Shown: piece after piece, positions 49,960 to 60,829 of the stretch
Numbering within the stretch: position 1 is the stretch's first letter
Layout of the letters: each line of letters opens with the position of its first letter
Source: Candidatus Latescibacterota bacterium
GTDB lineage: Bacteria; Latescibacterota; UBA2968; SICM01
Assembly: GCA_965217865.1 (NCBI GenBank)
Contig: CBDCJO010000001.1
Span: 320,001 to 384,000 of the forward strand
Direction of reading: 5' to 3'
DNA length: 64,000 bases
The notes under the pieces: model-generated
Told to the model about the DNA's origin: nothing
The model's input: only the letters and a program-made list of their open reading frames with translations
Database searches by the model: none
Made by a program: the position numbers and the translations under genes

Positions 49960-50537
49960 CCGGGGGGCTCGGATCGGGAAAAAGTTCGGTCTGTCGCCGA
50001 TTCGAGGCCGAGGGTGCCATCGTTATTGAGGCAGATCAGACCGGACGGGAGGTGGTCGAAGAACCGGATGTCCTCCGTAAACTCATCGCTGCATTCGGAC
50101 CGGACCTGACCGATGGTGACGGTAATTTGAACCGGCGTCTCCTGGGGGAAAGGGCATTTTCGAACGCAGAATCGAATGAGCGACTGAACGATATCGTTTG
50201 GCCGCCCCTTGTCCGAAAGCTCCGCGCCGATGCGGCTTCCGCGCTTCACGAACATCCCGACAGGCCTGTGGTTGTGGATGCAGCCCTCCTCCTCGAATGG
50301 GGAGATGTGAGCTGGCTCGATGCGCTTGTGGTTGTGACCGCGGAGAGAAGTGTTCGAAAAGACCGAATGATTAGCAGGATGGGCCTTTCCGAACAGGAGG
50401 TGGAAGACCGAATGAAAGCCCAGATGCCCGAGGAGGATAAGGTTCGAAAAGCGGACTACGTCATCGTCAACGACGGATCCCTTGAGGCTTTGGCAACCCG
50501 GGCAACGGAAGTCTGGAAATCACTGATGGCGAAGTGA
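49944..50537 (+). CDS. coaE: Dephospho-CoA kinase
   Basis: IGVTGGLGSGKS, DAALLLE and ADYVIVN. Confidence 0.95.
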   Translation: MVIGVTGGLGSGKSSVCRRFEAEGAIVIEADQTGREVVEEPDVLRKLIAAFGPDLTDGDGNLNRRLLGERAFSNAESNERLNDIVWPPLVRKLRADAASALHEHPDRPVVVDAALLLEWGDVSWLDALVVVTAERSVRKDRMISRMGLSEQEVEDRMKAQMPEEDKVRKADYVIVNDGSLEALATRATEVWKSLMAK

Positions 50538-50585
50538 GAAAATCGACAGGCCCTTTCCCTCTCAGCCTAATTCCCTTCCGAACTC

Positions 50586-51713
50586 ATGGACAATACGCCT
50601 CCTCAAAACCTCAGAAAGACGCCGATCTGCGATTCCCATCTTGCCCTGGGCGCCCGGATGGTGTCATTTGGCGGCTGGTGGATGCCCCTGCAATTTAAGG
50701 GAATCGTCGAGGAAAACCTGGCCGTTCGATCGGGCGCAGGCCTGTTCGACATCTCCCACATGGGTCAACTTGGGATTTACGGTTCAAACGCGACGGCTTT
50801 CCTGGATCATCTGCTCCCGAACCATATCGACCCCTTGAGGCCGGGTCAGATCCTCTACTCACCGATGTGCAAAGAATCGGGCGGGATCATAGACGACCTC
50901 TTGGTCTTTAGGAGGGACGAGACGGATTACCTCCTTGTGGTCAATGCCGGCCGGAAGGATGTGGACCTGGACTGGATTCAGACCCATGCCAAATCATACG
51001 GTGAAGTCACGGCCGTGGACCTTTCCGATTCCTATGCGATGGTTGCCCTCCAGGGTCCCGGGGCCGAGCGGATCCTGAATCCCCATACCGGGGTCGATTT
51101 ACAGGTAATACCCTATTATCAATTTGAGGTCGGACGTTTGGGGGAGGTCGAAACCATTATCTCCCGGACCGGGTACTCGGGTGAGGACGGTTTTGAAATC
51201 ATCTGTCCCTGGGAGGATGGGCCGACGGTATGGAATCGCCTCCTTCAGGGGCCCGAAGAGTTGCGGGTTGTACCGACCGGCCTCGGATCCCGTGACACGC
51301 TTCGCCTGGAAGCAGCATACCCCCTGTATGGGAACGACATCAGTGAAACGACGACCCCTCTCGAAGCGAGGCTGGGGTGGACGGTAAAATTCGATAAGCC
51401 CGAGAAGTTCATCGGAAGGGGTGCCCTCATCCGGCAAAAAGAAGAAGGGATACCCCGAAGGCTGGTCGGACTGCGGATGTGCGGGCGGGGGATACCCAGA
51501 CACGATCAGCGCATCCTGAACCACGGGGGGGAATCGGTCGGAAGGATCACAAGCGGAACCTACTCCCCCACGCTAAAAAAGGGCATCGCCCTGGGCTACG
51601 CAGCCCGGGGATTCAACAAGGTTGGAACCCGGCTGGAAGTAGAGGTCCGAAGCCGGAGGGAGCCCGTTGAGCTTGTCAAGCTTCCGTTTTTGGAAACACA
51701 CGTCAAAAAGTGA
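50586..51713 (+). CDS. gcvT: Glycine cleavage system T protein
   Basis: GLFDISHMG, SRTGYSGEDGFEI and DTLRLEA. Confidence 0.97.
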   Translation: MDNTPPQNLRKTPICDSHLALGARMVSFGGWWMPLQFKGIVEENLAVRSGAGLFDISHMGQLGIYGSNATAFLDHLLPNHIDPLRPGQILYSPMCKESGGIIDDLLVFRRDETDYLLVVNAGRKDVDLDWIQTHAKSYGEVTAVDLSDSYAMVALQGPGAERILNPHTGVDLQVIPYYQFEVGRLGEVETIISRTGYSGEDGFEIICPWEDGPTVWNRLLQGPEELRVVPTGLGSRDTLRLEAAYPLYGNDISETTTPLEARLGWTVKFDKPEKFIGRGALIRQKEEGIPRRLVGLRMCGRGIPRHDQRILNHGGESVGRITSGTYSPTLKKGIALGYAARGFNKVGTRLEVEVRSRREPVELVKLPFLETHVKK

Positions 51714-51756
51714 AAGAATGTCACGCGTGTGACATTCTCTACGCCCAACGAACCAG

Positions 51757-53097
51757 ATGAACTACACACCGCACACAAAAAAAGAGATTGAAAGGATATC
51801 CCGGACGCTCGGGATCAAATCTCCCGGAGATCTTTTCAACGTCATCCCGAAATCGCTCCGGGTCGACAGGCTCGAACTGCCTCCGGCCTTGACGGAGATG
51901 GAGGCGGTCTCCTTCATGGACACCGTCTGTTCCGAGTTGCGTTCTAAGTCTCCGGCGCTCTCTTTTGTGGGGGGGGGAGCCTACGACCATTTTGTCCCAT
52001 CCGTGGTCCAAGAGGTAATCGGGAGAGGAGAGTTCTACACCGCCTACACCCCCTATCAACCGGAGGTTAGCCAGGGCACGCTCCAGGTGATCTTCGAGTT
52101 CCAAACGATGATCTGCGAGCTTACCGGAATGGATGTTGCCAATGCCTCCATGTACGATGGGGCCTCTGCCCTGGCCGAAGCCGTCCTGATGGCCGTTCGC
52201 CTGAACAACGGTCGCCGTGTCCTGCTCCCCCAAAGCCTCCACCCCTTCCACAGGAGAGTCGTGGAGACCTACACAAGGGGTATCGAACTGGAGATCGATG
52301 ACATCCCCTGTTCGGCTTCCGGAACCGTGGATCTGGATCGGATGACCTCCTCCCTCGGGGACGACGTCGCCGCGGTCGTGGTGCAGAATCCGAATTTCTT
52401 CGGTCTGCTGGAGCCCATAGATCGGATCGGGGGGATGCTGAAAGATCGGACCACCGCTTTCATCGCCTCTGTGAATCCGATCTCCCTGGGGCTATTCCGG
52501 CCCCCGGGTGATTTCGGTGCGGATATCGTGGTTGGGGAAGGTCAGCCTCTCGGGATCCCGTTGAGCTTTGGGGGCCCCTATCTCGGCTTTTTTGCCACCC
52601 GGGAGGAGCATATGCGGAAGATGCCGGGCAGAGTGGCCGGAGAGACGGTTGACCATAAGGGACGTCGGGGGTTTGTCTTGACCCTTCAGACCCGCGAACA
52701 GCATATCCGGAGGGAGAAGGCGACCTCGAACATCTGTACCAACCAGGCCCTTTGTGCGACCGCTGCCACGGTCTACCTTGCGTCGCTGGGGCCCCAGGGA
52801 CTGAAGGAGGTGGGACGCTTGAACTGGGCGAATAGCCACCGCCTGGCCGTTGCGCTTCGGGGCCTCCCCGGAGTGGACCAGGAGTTTTCAGGCCCCTTCT
52901 TCAACGAGTTCGTAGTCACCACGCCTCAGGCGCCGCACGTCGTCCTGGAGCGATTGCGAACTCAAGGGATCGAGGGCGGGATCGACCTGAGTGCGTTCTA
53001 TCCGGGAATGGATCGTTCTATCCTGGTCTGTACAACGGAGACCAAATCCAATGAAGATATCGAGGAAGCCGTGAAGGCCTGGAGGGAAGCCCTGTGA
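51757..53097 (+). CDS. gcvPA: Glycine dehydrogenase subunit 1
   Basis: EFYTAYTPYQPEVSQG and REQHIRREKATSNICTNQAL. Confidence 0.97.
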   Translation: MNYTPHTKKEIERISRTLGIKSPGDLFNVIPKSLRVDRLELPPALTEMEAVSFMDTVCSELRSKSPALSFVGGGAYDHFVPSVVQEVIGRGEFYTAYTPYQPEVSQGTLQVIFEFQTMICELTGMDVANASMYDGASALAEAVLMAVRLNNGRRVLLPQSLHPFHRRVVETYTRGIELEIDDIPCSASGTVDLDRMTSSLGDDVAAVVVQNPNFFGLLEPIDRIGGMLKDRTTAFIASVNPISLGLFRPPGDFGADIVVGEGQPLGIPLSFGGPYLGFFATREEHMRKMPGRVAGETVDHKGRRGFVLTLQTREQHIRREKATSNICTNQALCATAATVYLASLGPQGLKEVGRLNWANSHRLAVALRGLPGVDQEFSGPFFNEFVVTTPQAPHVVLERLRTQGIEGGIDLSAFYPGMDRSILVCTTETKSNEDIEEAVKAWREAL

Positions 53098-54584
53098 TGC
53101 CCGGCCAAGAAACCGGGGCGCCGAAAGATGATCCCGGAGGAAAATCCAGGCTGATATTCGAGAAAGGCGCGTCCGGGCGGCGAAGTGTGTCCTTCCCCCA
53201 GGTGGACGACTTGGTTGAGGATATCCCCCCTGACCTGAGTCGGGAGACCCCACCCGGCCTGCCTGAGGTGTCGGAGCTGGAACTGATTCGCCACTATCTC
53301 CTTTTATCCGAGAAAAACTTCAGCATCGACACGGTGTTTTATCCCCTCGGGTCCTGTACCATGAAATACAACCCTAAAGTCCACGAGCGGATTGCCCGGA
53401 TGTCCGAGTTGGCGGGCCTTCATCCACTCACCTCCGAAGAACACGCCCAGCCCATGCTAAGGATCCTGTCCCACATGGCCGAGATCCTGAAAGAAGTGAC
53501 CGGAATGGACGGGATCACATTCCAGCCCTTCGCCGGGGCCCACGGAGAGTTCGTAGGCATTTCCATCATCGCCGCGTACTACAAGGACCGTAAAGACGAA
53601 AAGCGGATCGTCCTGATTCCGGAGTCCGCACACGGAACCAATCCCGCCACGGCCGCCATGTGCGGCTACACCGTGCAGACTCTGAAGACAGATCCGAGGG
53701 GAATGGTGGACCTGTCCGACCTTAAGTCCAGGATGAACGACGAAGTGGCCGCCATCATGCTCACAAATCCGAATACCTTCGGAATCTTCGAAGAAGAGAT
53801 CCGGGAGATCGCGGACATCGTCCACGAAGGAGGCGGACTGCTTTACTACGACGGCGCAAACCTGAACGCCCTCCTGGGACACTGCCGGCCCGGCGACATG
53901 GGGTTCGATGTTGTCCACCTGAACCTGCACAAGACCTTCACCACCCCGCACGGGGGAGGGGGTCCCGGGGCAGGTCCCCTCGGCGTGAAGGAACACCTCC
54001 TCCCCTATCTCCCCGTGCCGCTGATCGAAAAGAAAGGAGATCGTTTCCATCTGGAATACGATCGCCCCCTTTCGATCGGGAAAATAAGCTCTTTCTACGG
54101 AAACATCGGAATGATCCTTCGGGCATACGTCTACGCGCGGATGCTCGGTGAGGAAGGGATGCGAAGGACCGCGGAGATGGCCGTCCTCAACGCCAATTAC
54201 ATCCACCAACGGCTGGTGGAACACTACGAACAGAAGTACCGGACACAGCCCATGCACGAAACCGTACTATCCGCCTCGAAGCAGAAAAGGGAATACGGAA
54301 TATCCGCCCTGGATATCTGCAAACGCCTGATCGATTACGGAATCCACCCACCCACCGTATACTTTCCCCTCCCGAACGTCGTCCCCGAGGCCTTGTTGAT
54401 CGAGCCCACCGAGACGGAGAACCTGGAGCAATTGGACGTGTTCATCGATGCGATGGTCCGAATCGGTCAGGAGGCGAAAGAATCGCCTGCCCTTTTACAC
54501 GAAGCCCCGCATCACACACCCGTAGGCAGACTGGATGAAGTCCGGGCCGCCCGGAAGCCGGTGTTGAGGTGGAAGCGGAGTTGA
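53094..54584 (+). CDS. gcvPB: Glycine dehydrogenase subunit 2
   Basis: YPLGSCTMKYNP and HLNLHKTFTTPHGGGGPG. Confidence 0.97.
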   Translation: MMPGQETGAPKDDPGGKSRLIFEKGASGRRSVSFPQVDDLVEDIPPDLSRETPPGLPEVSELELIRHYLLLSEKNFSIDTVFYPLGSCTMKYNPKVHERIARMSELAGLHPLTSEEHAQPMLRILSHMAEILKEVTGMDGITFQPFAGAHGEFVGISIIAAYYKDRKDEKRIVLIPESAHGTNPATAAMCGYTVQTLKTDPRGMVDLSDLKSRMNDEVAAIMLTNPNTFGIFEEEIREIADIVHEGGGLLYYDGANLNALLGHCRPGDMGFDVVHLNLHKTFTTPHGGGGPGAGPLGVKEHLLPYLPVPLIEKKGDRFHLEYDRPLSIGKISSFYGNIGMILRAYVYARMLGEEGMRRTAEMAVLNANYIHQRLVEHYEQKYRTQPMHETVLSASKQKREYGISALDICKRLIDYGIHPPTVYFPLPNVVPEALLIEPTETENLEQLDVFIDAMVRIGQEAKESPALLHEAPHHTPVGRLDEVRAARKPVLRWKRS

Positions 54585-54751
54585 GCGGTATGTTCGTGCT
54601 CATTGTTTAAAAAATGTCATCCACGATTCTATCATTGATCCTGCAATACTTTAGTGCTTGATAGGGCTTGATATTGACTTTTGTTGGCATAATCTTTACT
54701 ATGATTCTTAATCTGAGCTTCCCCCAAGATGAAAAATATAGCCAACTGGAG

Positions 54752-55207
54752 TTAGAGTCTTACAGTATGACTTCTACGCAAGATGCGTACATCTTTTTGG
54801 TTGCGGCCTGAGTGAAACGAAGCCCGCGAATAGGGGTGAAGTCCCCTCCTTGGAGGGGATTAAGGGGTGGGTCTCAAGCCCGGCTCCCCTCCCGGGAGGG
54901 GATTAAGGGGTGGGTCTGAGGCGGAGTGAGGGAACATCGCAGATTACCGATTAGTTTATTTCGAATTGAAATCCCCAACCGCCTTTCCGAATCACGAACC
55001 ACGATCCATGGTTTTTCGGAAGTCACGCCGGGGCACCCCTCCCAGGGAGGGGTTTTGGTGAGCGTTGCTTGGAATACGCCATGAAAATGAAAGTCCCCTC
55101 CTTGGAGGGGATTAAGGGGTGGGTCTGATTTAGAGTCTTACAGTATGACTTCTACGCAAGGTGCGTACATCTTTTTGGTTGCAGACTCAGTAAAGCGAAG
55201 CCCGCGA
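54752..55207 (+). repeat. Composite repeat: 78-bp direct repeats (54752-54829, 55130-55207) enclosing CCCCTCC-N-GGAGGGG REP-like hairpins
   Basis: TTAGAGTCTTACAGTATGACTTCTACGCAAG.TGCGTACATCTTTTTGGTTGC twice; GGAGGGGATTAAGGGGTGGGTCT three times. Confidence 0.9.
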
Positions 55208-55217
55208 TAGGCCTGTC

Positions 55218-55577
55218 ATGAACGATAACAATACGACCATCTCCGAGCTCAAATCCCGGATGGCCGAATTTGTCCGGGAACGGGACTGGGAGCAGTTTCA
55301 CTCACCGAAAAACCTGGCGATGTCCATCTCCATCGAAGCCGCAGAGCTGATGGAGCGTTTTCAATGGCTCACACCGGAACAATCCTTAAACCTGACATCG
55401 GACCAGAAAGCGGGGATCCGGGAGGAACTCGCCGACGTGATCATCTACTCGCTCTATCTGTGCAACGGCCTTTCGATCGACCTGACCCGGGCCATCCTGG
55501 AAAAGACCGAACGTAACGCGAAGCGATATCCGGCCGAAACCGTCCGGGGGCGGTCAGATCACTCGCCTGAGGATTAA
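55218..55577 (+). CDS. MazG-like nucleotide pyrophosphohydrolase (dCTP pyrophosphatase type)
   Basis: RDWEQFHSPKNLAMSISIEAAEL..FQW and EELADV. Confidence 0.93.
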   Translation: MNDNNTTISELKSRMAEFVRERDWEQFHSPKNLAMSISIEAAELMERFQWLTPEQSLNLTSDQKAGIREELADVIIYSLYLCNGLSIDLTRAILEKTERNAKRYPAETVRGRSDHSPED

Positions 55578-55791
55578 CTGCGAAATGGGGGGTTGTGGAA
55601 AGCGGAATGGGTAGATTGTGGGAATCGGGGATTTGAAAACCGAAAAACACAGAGAATCCACAACCTGGTCAGAAGGCGGGAATTACATGTTTATTATGAG
55701 GGTGAACGTGGGGTTACTCTGGTAGAGATTTGGAAATACCGTTTGGGTCAAAGCGGATCGGGCATAAACTCGTCGATGTGCCCCGGCGTCC

Positions 55792-56313
55792 TTACTCGAT
55801 CACCCCGCACGCCAGACGCTTCCCCGCATTTCCGGTCGGCTGAGAGGTCAGATCGTCCTCTCCGGAGTGGATGATGATCCCGCGCCCGACAATCGATTTC
55901 TCCCCGCTCAGGCTGATGACTTTATCCACCCGGTCATAGTTCGCGGTTCCGGTAGCATCGGCCATCAGATTGCCAAGGTCGCCGACGTGCCGTTCAGAGG
56001 CCTCGTTATCGGGTGAACCGTGCGGGGATCCGTCCGGATTGAAGTGTCCGCCCGCTGAGGTGCCATCCGGAGCACTGCAATCGCCCTTTACATGTATGTG
56101 GAAACCGTGGGCTCCGGGGGTGAGTCCTTCGATTTCAGCGACGATGCGGACACCTCCCGCCACCTCGGAGAAGGTAACCTGGCCGGTCGTGGAATTTCCC
56201 TCGATGGGTCCGATCTTGGCCGCGGCTTTGAGTCCGATCTTCTCGGGTGGACTCCCGCATCCGATCAAGAGGGCACCCGCGATCAACGAAATAACGAGGC
56301 TGCATCTTTTCAT
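55792..56313 (-). CDS. sodC: Cu/Zn superoxide dismutase lipoprotein
   Basis: Lipobox LIGC; HGFHIH, GGHFNP, HVGDLGN and GNAGKRLACGVI. Confidence 0.95.
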   Translation of the reverse strand: MKRCSLVISLIAGALLIGCGSPPEKIGLKAAAKIGPIEGNSTTGQVTFSEVAGGVRIVAEIEGLTPGAHGFHIHVKGDCSAPDGTSAGGHFNPDGSPHGSPDNEASERHVGDLGNLMADATGTANYDRVDKVISLSGEKSIVGRGIIIHSGEDDLTSQPTGNAGKRLACGVIE

Positions 56314-56471
56314 TACGGACCTCCGATGGACTACTGTCCTTTTTTGTCAAAAGTCTTCCAATTTTGCGCCACCTATTTAACCAAAACCTCCATCTCGAGT
56401 CAAGGACTAATTCCCGACTCTTCCCTCGTGATACTTTTAAGTGGGCCCGTCTTTCTTTCTCTTGAATCGTA

Positions 56472-56840
56472 ATGGTCGATCGATCAAATCCGACACTACG
56501 CGTCGTACTCCTCCCCCGCGATACGAACGCCCACGGCACCATCTTCGGGGGGGTGATTCTGAGCCATCTCGACATCGCCGGGGCGATCGAAGCCCGGAAA
56601 CAGGCCAGCAATAGGATCGTGACGGTGGCGATGCACGAAGTGGAATTTCACGCCCCGGTCTTCGTGGGAGACGTCGTCAGTTATTACAGCCGAACCAAAC
56701 GGGTCGGCAGAACATCCATCACGGTGAAGGTCGAAGTCGAGGCTGAACGGGCGGATGGGGGCGGATATGTGAAGGTGACAGAGGCGGAGATCGTTTACGT
56801 GGCCGTGGATGATGAGGGAAAGCCCGTGCCAATAGGATAA
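56472..56840 (+). CDS. Acyl-CoA thioesterase (YciA-like hotdog fold)
   Basis: [13 protein letters not shown] and VGRTSI. Confidence 0.93.
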   Translation: MVDRSNPTLRVVLLPRDTNAHGTIFGGVILSHLDIAGAIEARKQASNRIVTVAMHEVEFHAPVFVGDVVSYYSRTKRVGRTSITVKVEVEAERADGGGYVKVTEAEIVYVAVDDEGKPVPIG

Positions 56841-57004
56841 TATTGCGATCGGTTTTCAAGGTTTTGTGGATTGTTTCGAAAGCCTGAGCTTGTCGAAGCC
56901 CCGGCCCTGAGCGGAACGAAGGGGAGATCTCGGTTTTAAAGGCTTACAGCTACGCAAGGTGCGGACATTTTTTTGGTTTCATTGCATTTTCCAATTTGCA
57001 TTTT

Positions 57005-58792
57005 TCATTTTTCATTTTCCATTTCCATACCCTCGATATGGCTTAGGAATTTTTCCGCCGATATGAAGCCTGTAAGCCGCTTGTGGGAGAGTTCCTTTCC
57101 ATCCCTATCGAAGAAGACGATGGTAGGGAGGCCCACGATCCGGTACTTTTTCTGAATGGCACGTGTCCCTTCAGAGTCATTCGTAAAGTCGAGCTTGATG
57201 CTGATGAAGCCTTTGAGCCGCTCACGGACTTCCGGATGGCTGTAAGTCTCCCGGTCCAGTTCCACACAGGCCGCGCACCAGTCCGCATAAAAGTCGATCA
57301 TCGCGGGTTTCCCCTCGCGATGGGCTTTCTCAAATCCCTCCTTCTCATCCAGGACCCAATCCGGACCTGCCTCCAACGCCGTCACGGTAAACGCCCCGGC
57401 AACGACATAGAGCCCAACCGCACAAAGCCCTACCCCGATGCCTTTCCGAAGGCGGACACCCTTAGATGATCCGTGGAATGACTTGTGAACCGCTCCCAGG
57501 ATTAGACCCAGAACGATCAACCCCCCCGCTGCAGCAAAGGTCCCGGCCGAACGGTCCAGGAAGGACTTCAACCACGGGGCAATATCTTTAAAAAAGAACA
57601 GCGCTGCGGCCAGCATCATGATCCCGAGCAGACTCTTGACACCCTCCATCCAGGTCCCCGACCTCGGCAGCGAGGACAAAGCACTGGAAAACGTCCCGAT
57701 GACGATGAAGAGGACACCCAGTCCCAGGGCGAATGAGAACAGAAGCCAGAACCCCAGTATCATATCCTGGGTGGTGGCCACATAAGTCAGGACGCCCGCA
57801 AGGACCGGTCCCGTACAGGGCGCCGCGATGATCCCCCCCACGAGCCCCATTCCAAAAGCCCCCACATACCCATGGCCGCCCACAGCCGTCAACTGTTCCT
57901 GCAGGACGGACGGAAGCCGGACCTCGAATGCCCCGAGCATCGACACCCCGAAGGCCGCCAGGATCGCAACCACCCCACCGACCACCCATGGATTTGTCAG
58001 AACCTGGCCGAATACGGCTCCGGTCGAGGCCGCGCTCAATCCCAGGATCGAATAGGTCGAGGCGATGCCCAACACGTATATGCACGACAGGAACAGGCTC
58101 TCCCATCTGCTTTTGACCTTCCGAGCCCCGAAGATGCTGATCGTGATCGGGATCAGGGGGTAAACACAAGGCGTCAGGCTTGTCAAAAGGCCTCCTATGA
58201 ACGCCAGGAGCACCGCCCAGAACCATCCCTTTCCCAGCAGCCCCTCTCCCTCCCTGCTGAAATCCTCGAGTTGCGCGATCGTGAGGGCTCCCGGCTCCCC
58301 GCGATCAGTCGCTTCGACGACCGTCAGGGCGAGTTCCAGAGTCTTCGTGGTCGGAAAGTAGCAGAGTGTCGGGGAACAGCCTTGGTACCTGATATTCGCC
58401 TTGACAGGGATCCTTCCAGGGCGGGCTTGCGGCACGGTCACTGTCGAAACAAACGTAAAGGACGGAGCCCCTGTGAAAGCATCCACCTCCTTCCCCGTGA
58501 TCGGATCGACCTTCAGGGAAGAAGCCGGAAATGCCGCCTCGCTGATGAGGAGATCCGATTCGGCCTCGAAGCTGATCGACGTCTGATCCCGATACACCAG
58601 GTGATCCTCGGGTAGGCTGAGCATCAACCGGATCTCCGTGCGGGACCCTCGGGAGGCCGTATCCGGAACGACCTGTCCCGACCACCTGAACAGCGTCTCC
58701 GGGTCAGGTACCGCACCCTGCCCCCACGACAACGAGGATAACGCCAGGGTAAGCCCTATCAGGATCGGAATAACACGGTTATGTTTATTCAT
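57005..58792 (-). CDS. dsbD: Thiol:disulfide interchange protein DsbD
   Basis: YQGC...CY, LTPCVYP, APCTGP and DFYADWCAAC. Confidence 0.93.
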   Translation of the reverse strand: MNKHNRVIPILIGLTLALSSLSWGQGAVPDPETLFRWSGQVVPDTASRGSRTEIRLMLSLPEDHLVYRDQTSISFEAESDLLISEAAFPASSLKVDPITGKEVDAFTGAPSFTFVSTVTVPQARPGRIPVKANIRYQGCSPTLCYFPTTKTLELALTVVEATDRGEPGALTIAQLEDFSREGEGLLGKGWFWAVLLAFIGGLLTSLTPCVYPLIPITISIFGARKVKSRWESLFLSCIYVLGIASTYSILGLSAASTGAVFGQVLTNPWVVGGVVAILAAFGVSMLGAFEVRLPSVLQEQLTAVGGHGYVGAFGMGLVGGIIAAPCTGPVLAGVLTYVATTQDMILGFWLLFSFALGLGVLFIVIGTFSSALSSLPRSGTWMEGVKSLLGIMMLAAALFFFKDIAPWLKSFLDRSAGTFAAAGGLIVLGLILGAVHKSFHGSSKGVRLRKGIGVGLCAVGLYVVAGAFTVTALEAGPDWVLDEKEGFEKAHREGKPAMIDFYADWCAACVELDRETYSHPEVRERLKGFISIKLDFTNDSEGTRAIQKKYRIVGLPTIVFFDRDGKELSHKRLTGFISAEKFLSHIEGMEMENEK

Positions 58793-59154
58793 AATTCTAA
58801 ACCTTGTGTATTGCGAAAGACGTTTCATTGCACTTTCTTGATCATATCCCTTATCCGGGAGGGCCCGCGGTCTCGCGGGCCGTAATCGGTTAACAGATGC
58901 TGATAACGCTTCCCGCCTAATCAAATTCGTTCACCATTAAAAATCATTCAGTTTGCCATAAACCGCCAAACCCTTGAAACCATTGGAATCAGGAAATCCT
59001 TGACCTTAATGGCCGGAATGTTAGCGGACGCCGAGGCCGGCGTCCCTCCCGTCTCATCGCCTTTCCTTCCCTGACAACCTGTTTTGACTCCTCCGACCTT
59101 AGACACCCCACCTCCTGCCTCTGCCTTTCCTGCTACTGCTACTGCCTTTCCCCC

Positions 59155-60467
59155 TCACTTTTGCACTTTCCATTTTTCATTTTTCATTTCCATGATTTCC
59201 ATGTCCTAATTTATCCGCCTGCTCCGCCACCTTGCGGTAGGCCTCCGCGTGTTCAGCGATGATATCGGGTCGATACTTCTTGAACCACGGGATACCGTAG
59301 ACCCGTTCCTGAATCGATTCCGTGACCGGAAGGCTTCCGGGGCCCTCCCTGACATCCCGATCCGTGTGCGCGATGCGCGTCGGCTTTCCGTGTCCATAGA
59401 TGTCCGCTTCGTTCAGAACCGGATGGAGATGGAGGGGGGGGGTTCGCCCCCGGACTGCAGATCCCTCCCTCGGCGCGCACCGCCTCCGCGAACTTCTGGA
59501 GTCCCAACCCGCCTAACTCGTCTGCACAATAAATCCCGTGGGGGAGATACCACCCTCCCATCTTACTGCTCGAGGACTTGGCAGGCCGGTGCGCCCGGAT
59601 CCCGGGAACCCCTTCAAGGAAGTCCCAGAAGGCGTTCATCGCTTTCCGGATGACCTCCAACCGTTCACCATAGTGCCTGAGCTGTACACGCCCCACAGCG
59701 GACGACATCTGGTGCATCCTGTACTTCGTGCCCCCCAGCGGTAATCCGATCAGGGGCACCAGCTCGGGAAGGTCGATTTCTGTTTCAGTTCGTTGATAAT
59801 GTCCGAATGCCGTCGCCCTCTGGTGGATCTCCCGATCATTCGTGATCAGCATCCCCCCTTCCCCGACGGCCAAAGCCTTACCGGACATGCAGGACATGGC
59901 GCCTGCGTGGCCGATGGTACCCAGGATTCGTCCTTTGTAGAGGCCCCCGTGAGCGTGGGAGACATCCTCGATCACCTTGAGTCCGCGATCACCCGCAATC
60001 TTAACGATAGGATCCATATCGGCCGGGTAACCGTAGGAGTGCACCACCACGATCGCCTTGGTCCGTTTCGTAACCCGCTCTTCCAGGTCTTTCGGATCGA
60101 TGCACATCGTGTCCGCCTCCACATCCGCAAACACAATCGTCGCCCCGAGGGACATCGCAGGAAGGACGGATGCCCAGAAAGTGAGGCTTGGAGCGATGAT
60201 CTCGTCCCCAACGCCTACCCCGCAGCCGAACATGGCAGCGTGTAGGGCCGCCGTGCCCGTGTTGTGAGCGAGGGCATATTCGACACCGTGCCAGCTGGCG
60301 AATTCCGTTTCAAATTGTGCGGTCACATCTCTTTCGGACATCTTGCCCGCACGGAGAACCTCCAGCACGGCCCGTTCATCCTCCTCCGTGATGATCGGCC
60401 AGGTGAAAACGTCGCCTTTAGGTTTTCTGACCGCCTTGGGGCCCCCGAACAGGGCAAGTCTCTCCAT
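59155..60467 (-). CDS. DegT/DnrJ/EryC1/StrS aminotransferase with +1 frameshift near the C-terminus
   Basis: GTAALH, IEDVSHAHG and KALAVGEGG; removing one C from the C9 tract (59434-59442) restores PLHLHP...PWFKKY to a stop at 59155. Confidence 0.88.
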
Positions 60468-60829
60468 AGATCTTCCTTGTGATCCCCTACTCTAAACCTC
60501 CGATATCACCCTGAAAGGCCGGGGAATCACGATATCCACAGATCCCTGCGACGGATTTCAGTTTTGAATAATTTGGATAACGTTACATGGCCATAAAGCT
60601 AAATCAGGGAAGCAGATTCTGTCAAACGAATTCTTGTTGACTGCACATCCCACGTTGTGCATATTGTCCCTGGATTCAAGGAGATTACACGCCTGGGACA
60701 TCGCCCAAACCATCCCGCAGGCTCAAAACTGTAACTTTTTTCCTCGATAACAGTTCCATCCTCTATTGAAGTTCCTGGGGCCCCTGCTCCAGGACTGTCA
60801 ATTACCGTTAACCCCAAGGAGGGAACATC

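Noticed and set aside
50538-50585. Glycine riboswitch upstream of gcvT
   Set aside because: The intergenic gap is only 48 bp and lacks aptamer motifs.
54752-55207. CRISPR array
   Set aside because: Only two long repeats with irregular REP-like filler; no repeat-spacer periodicity.
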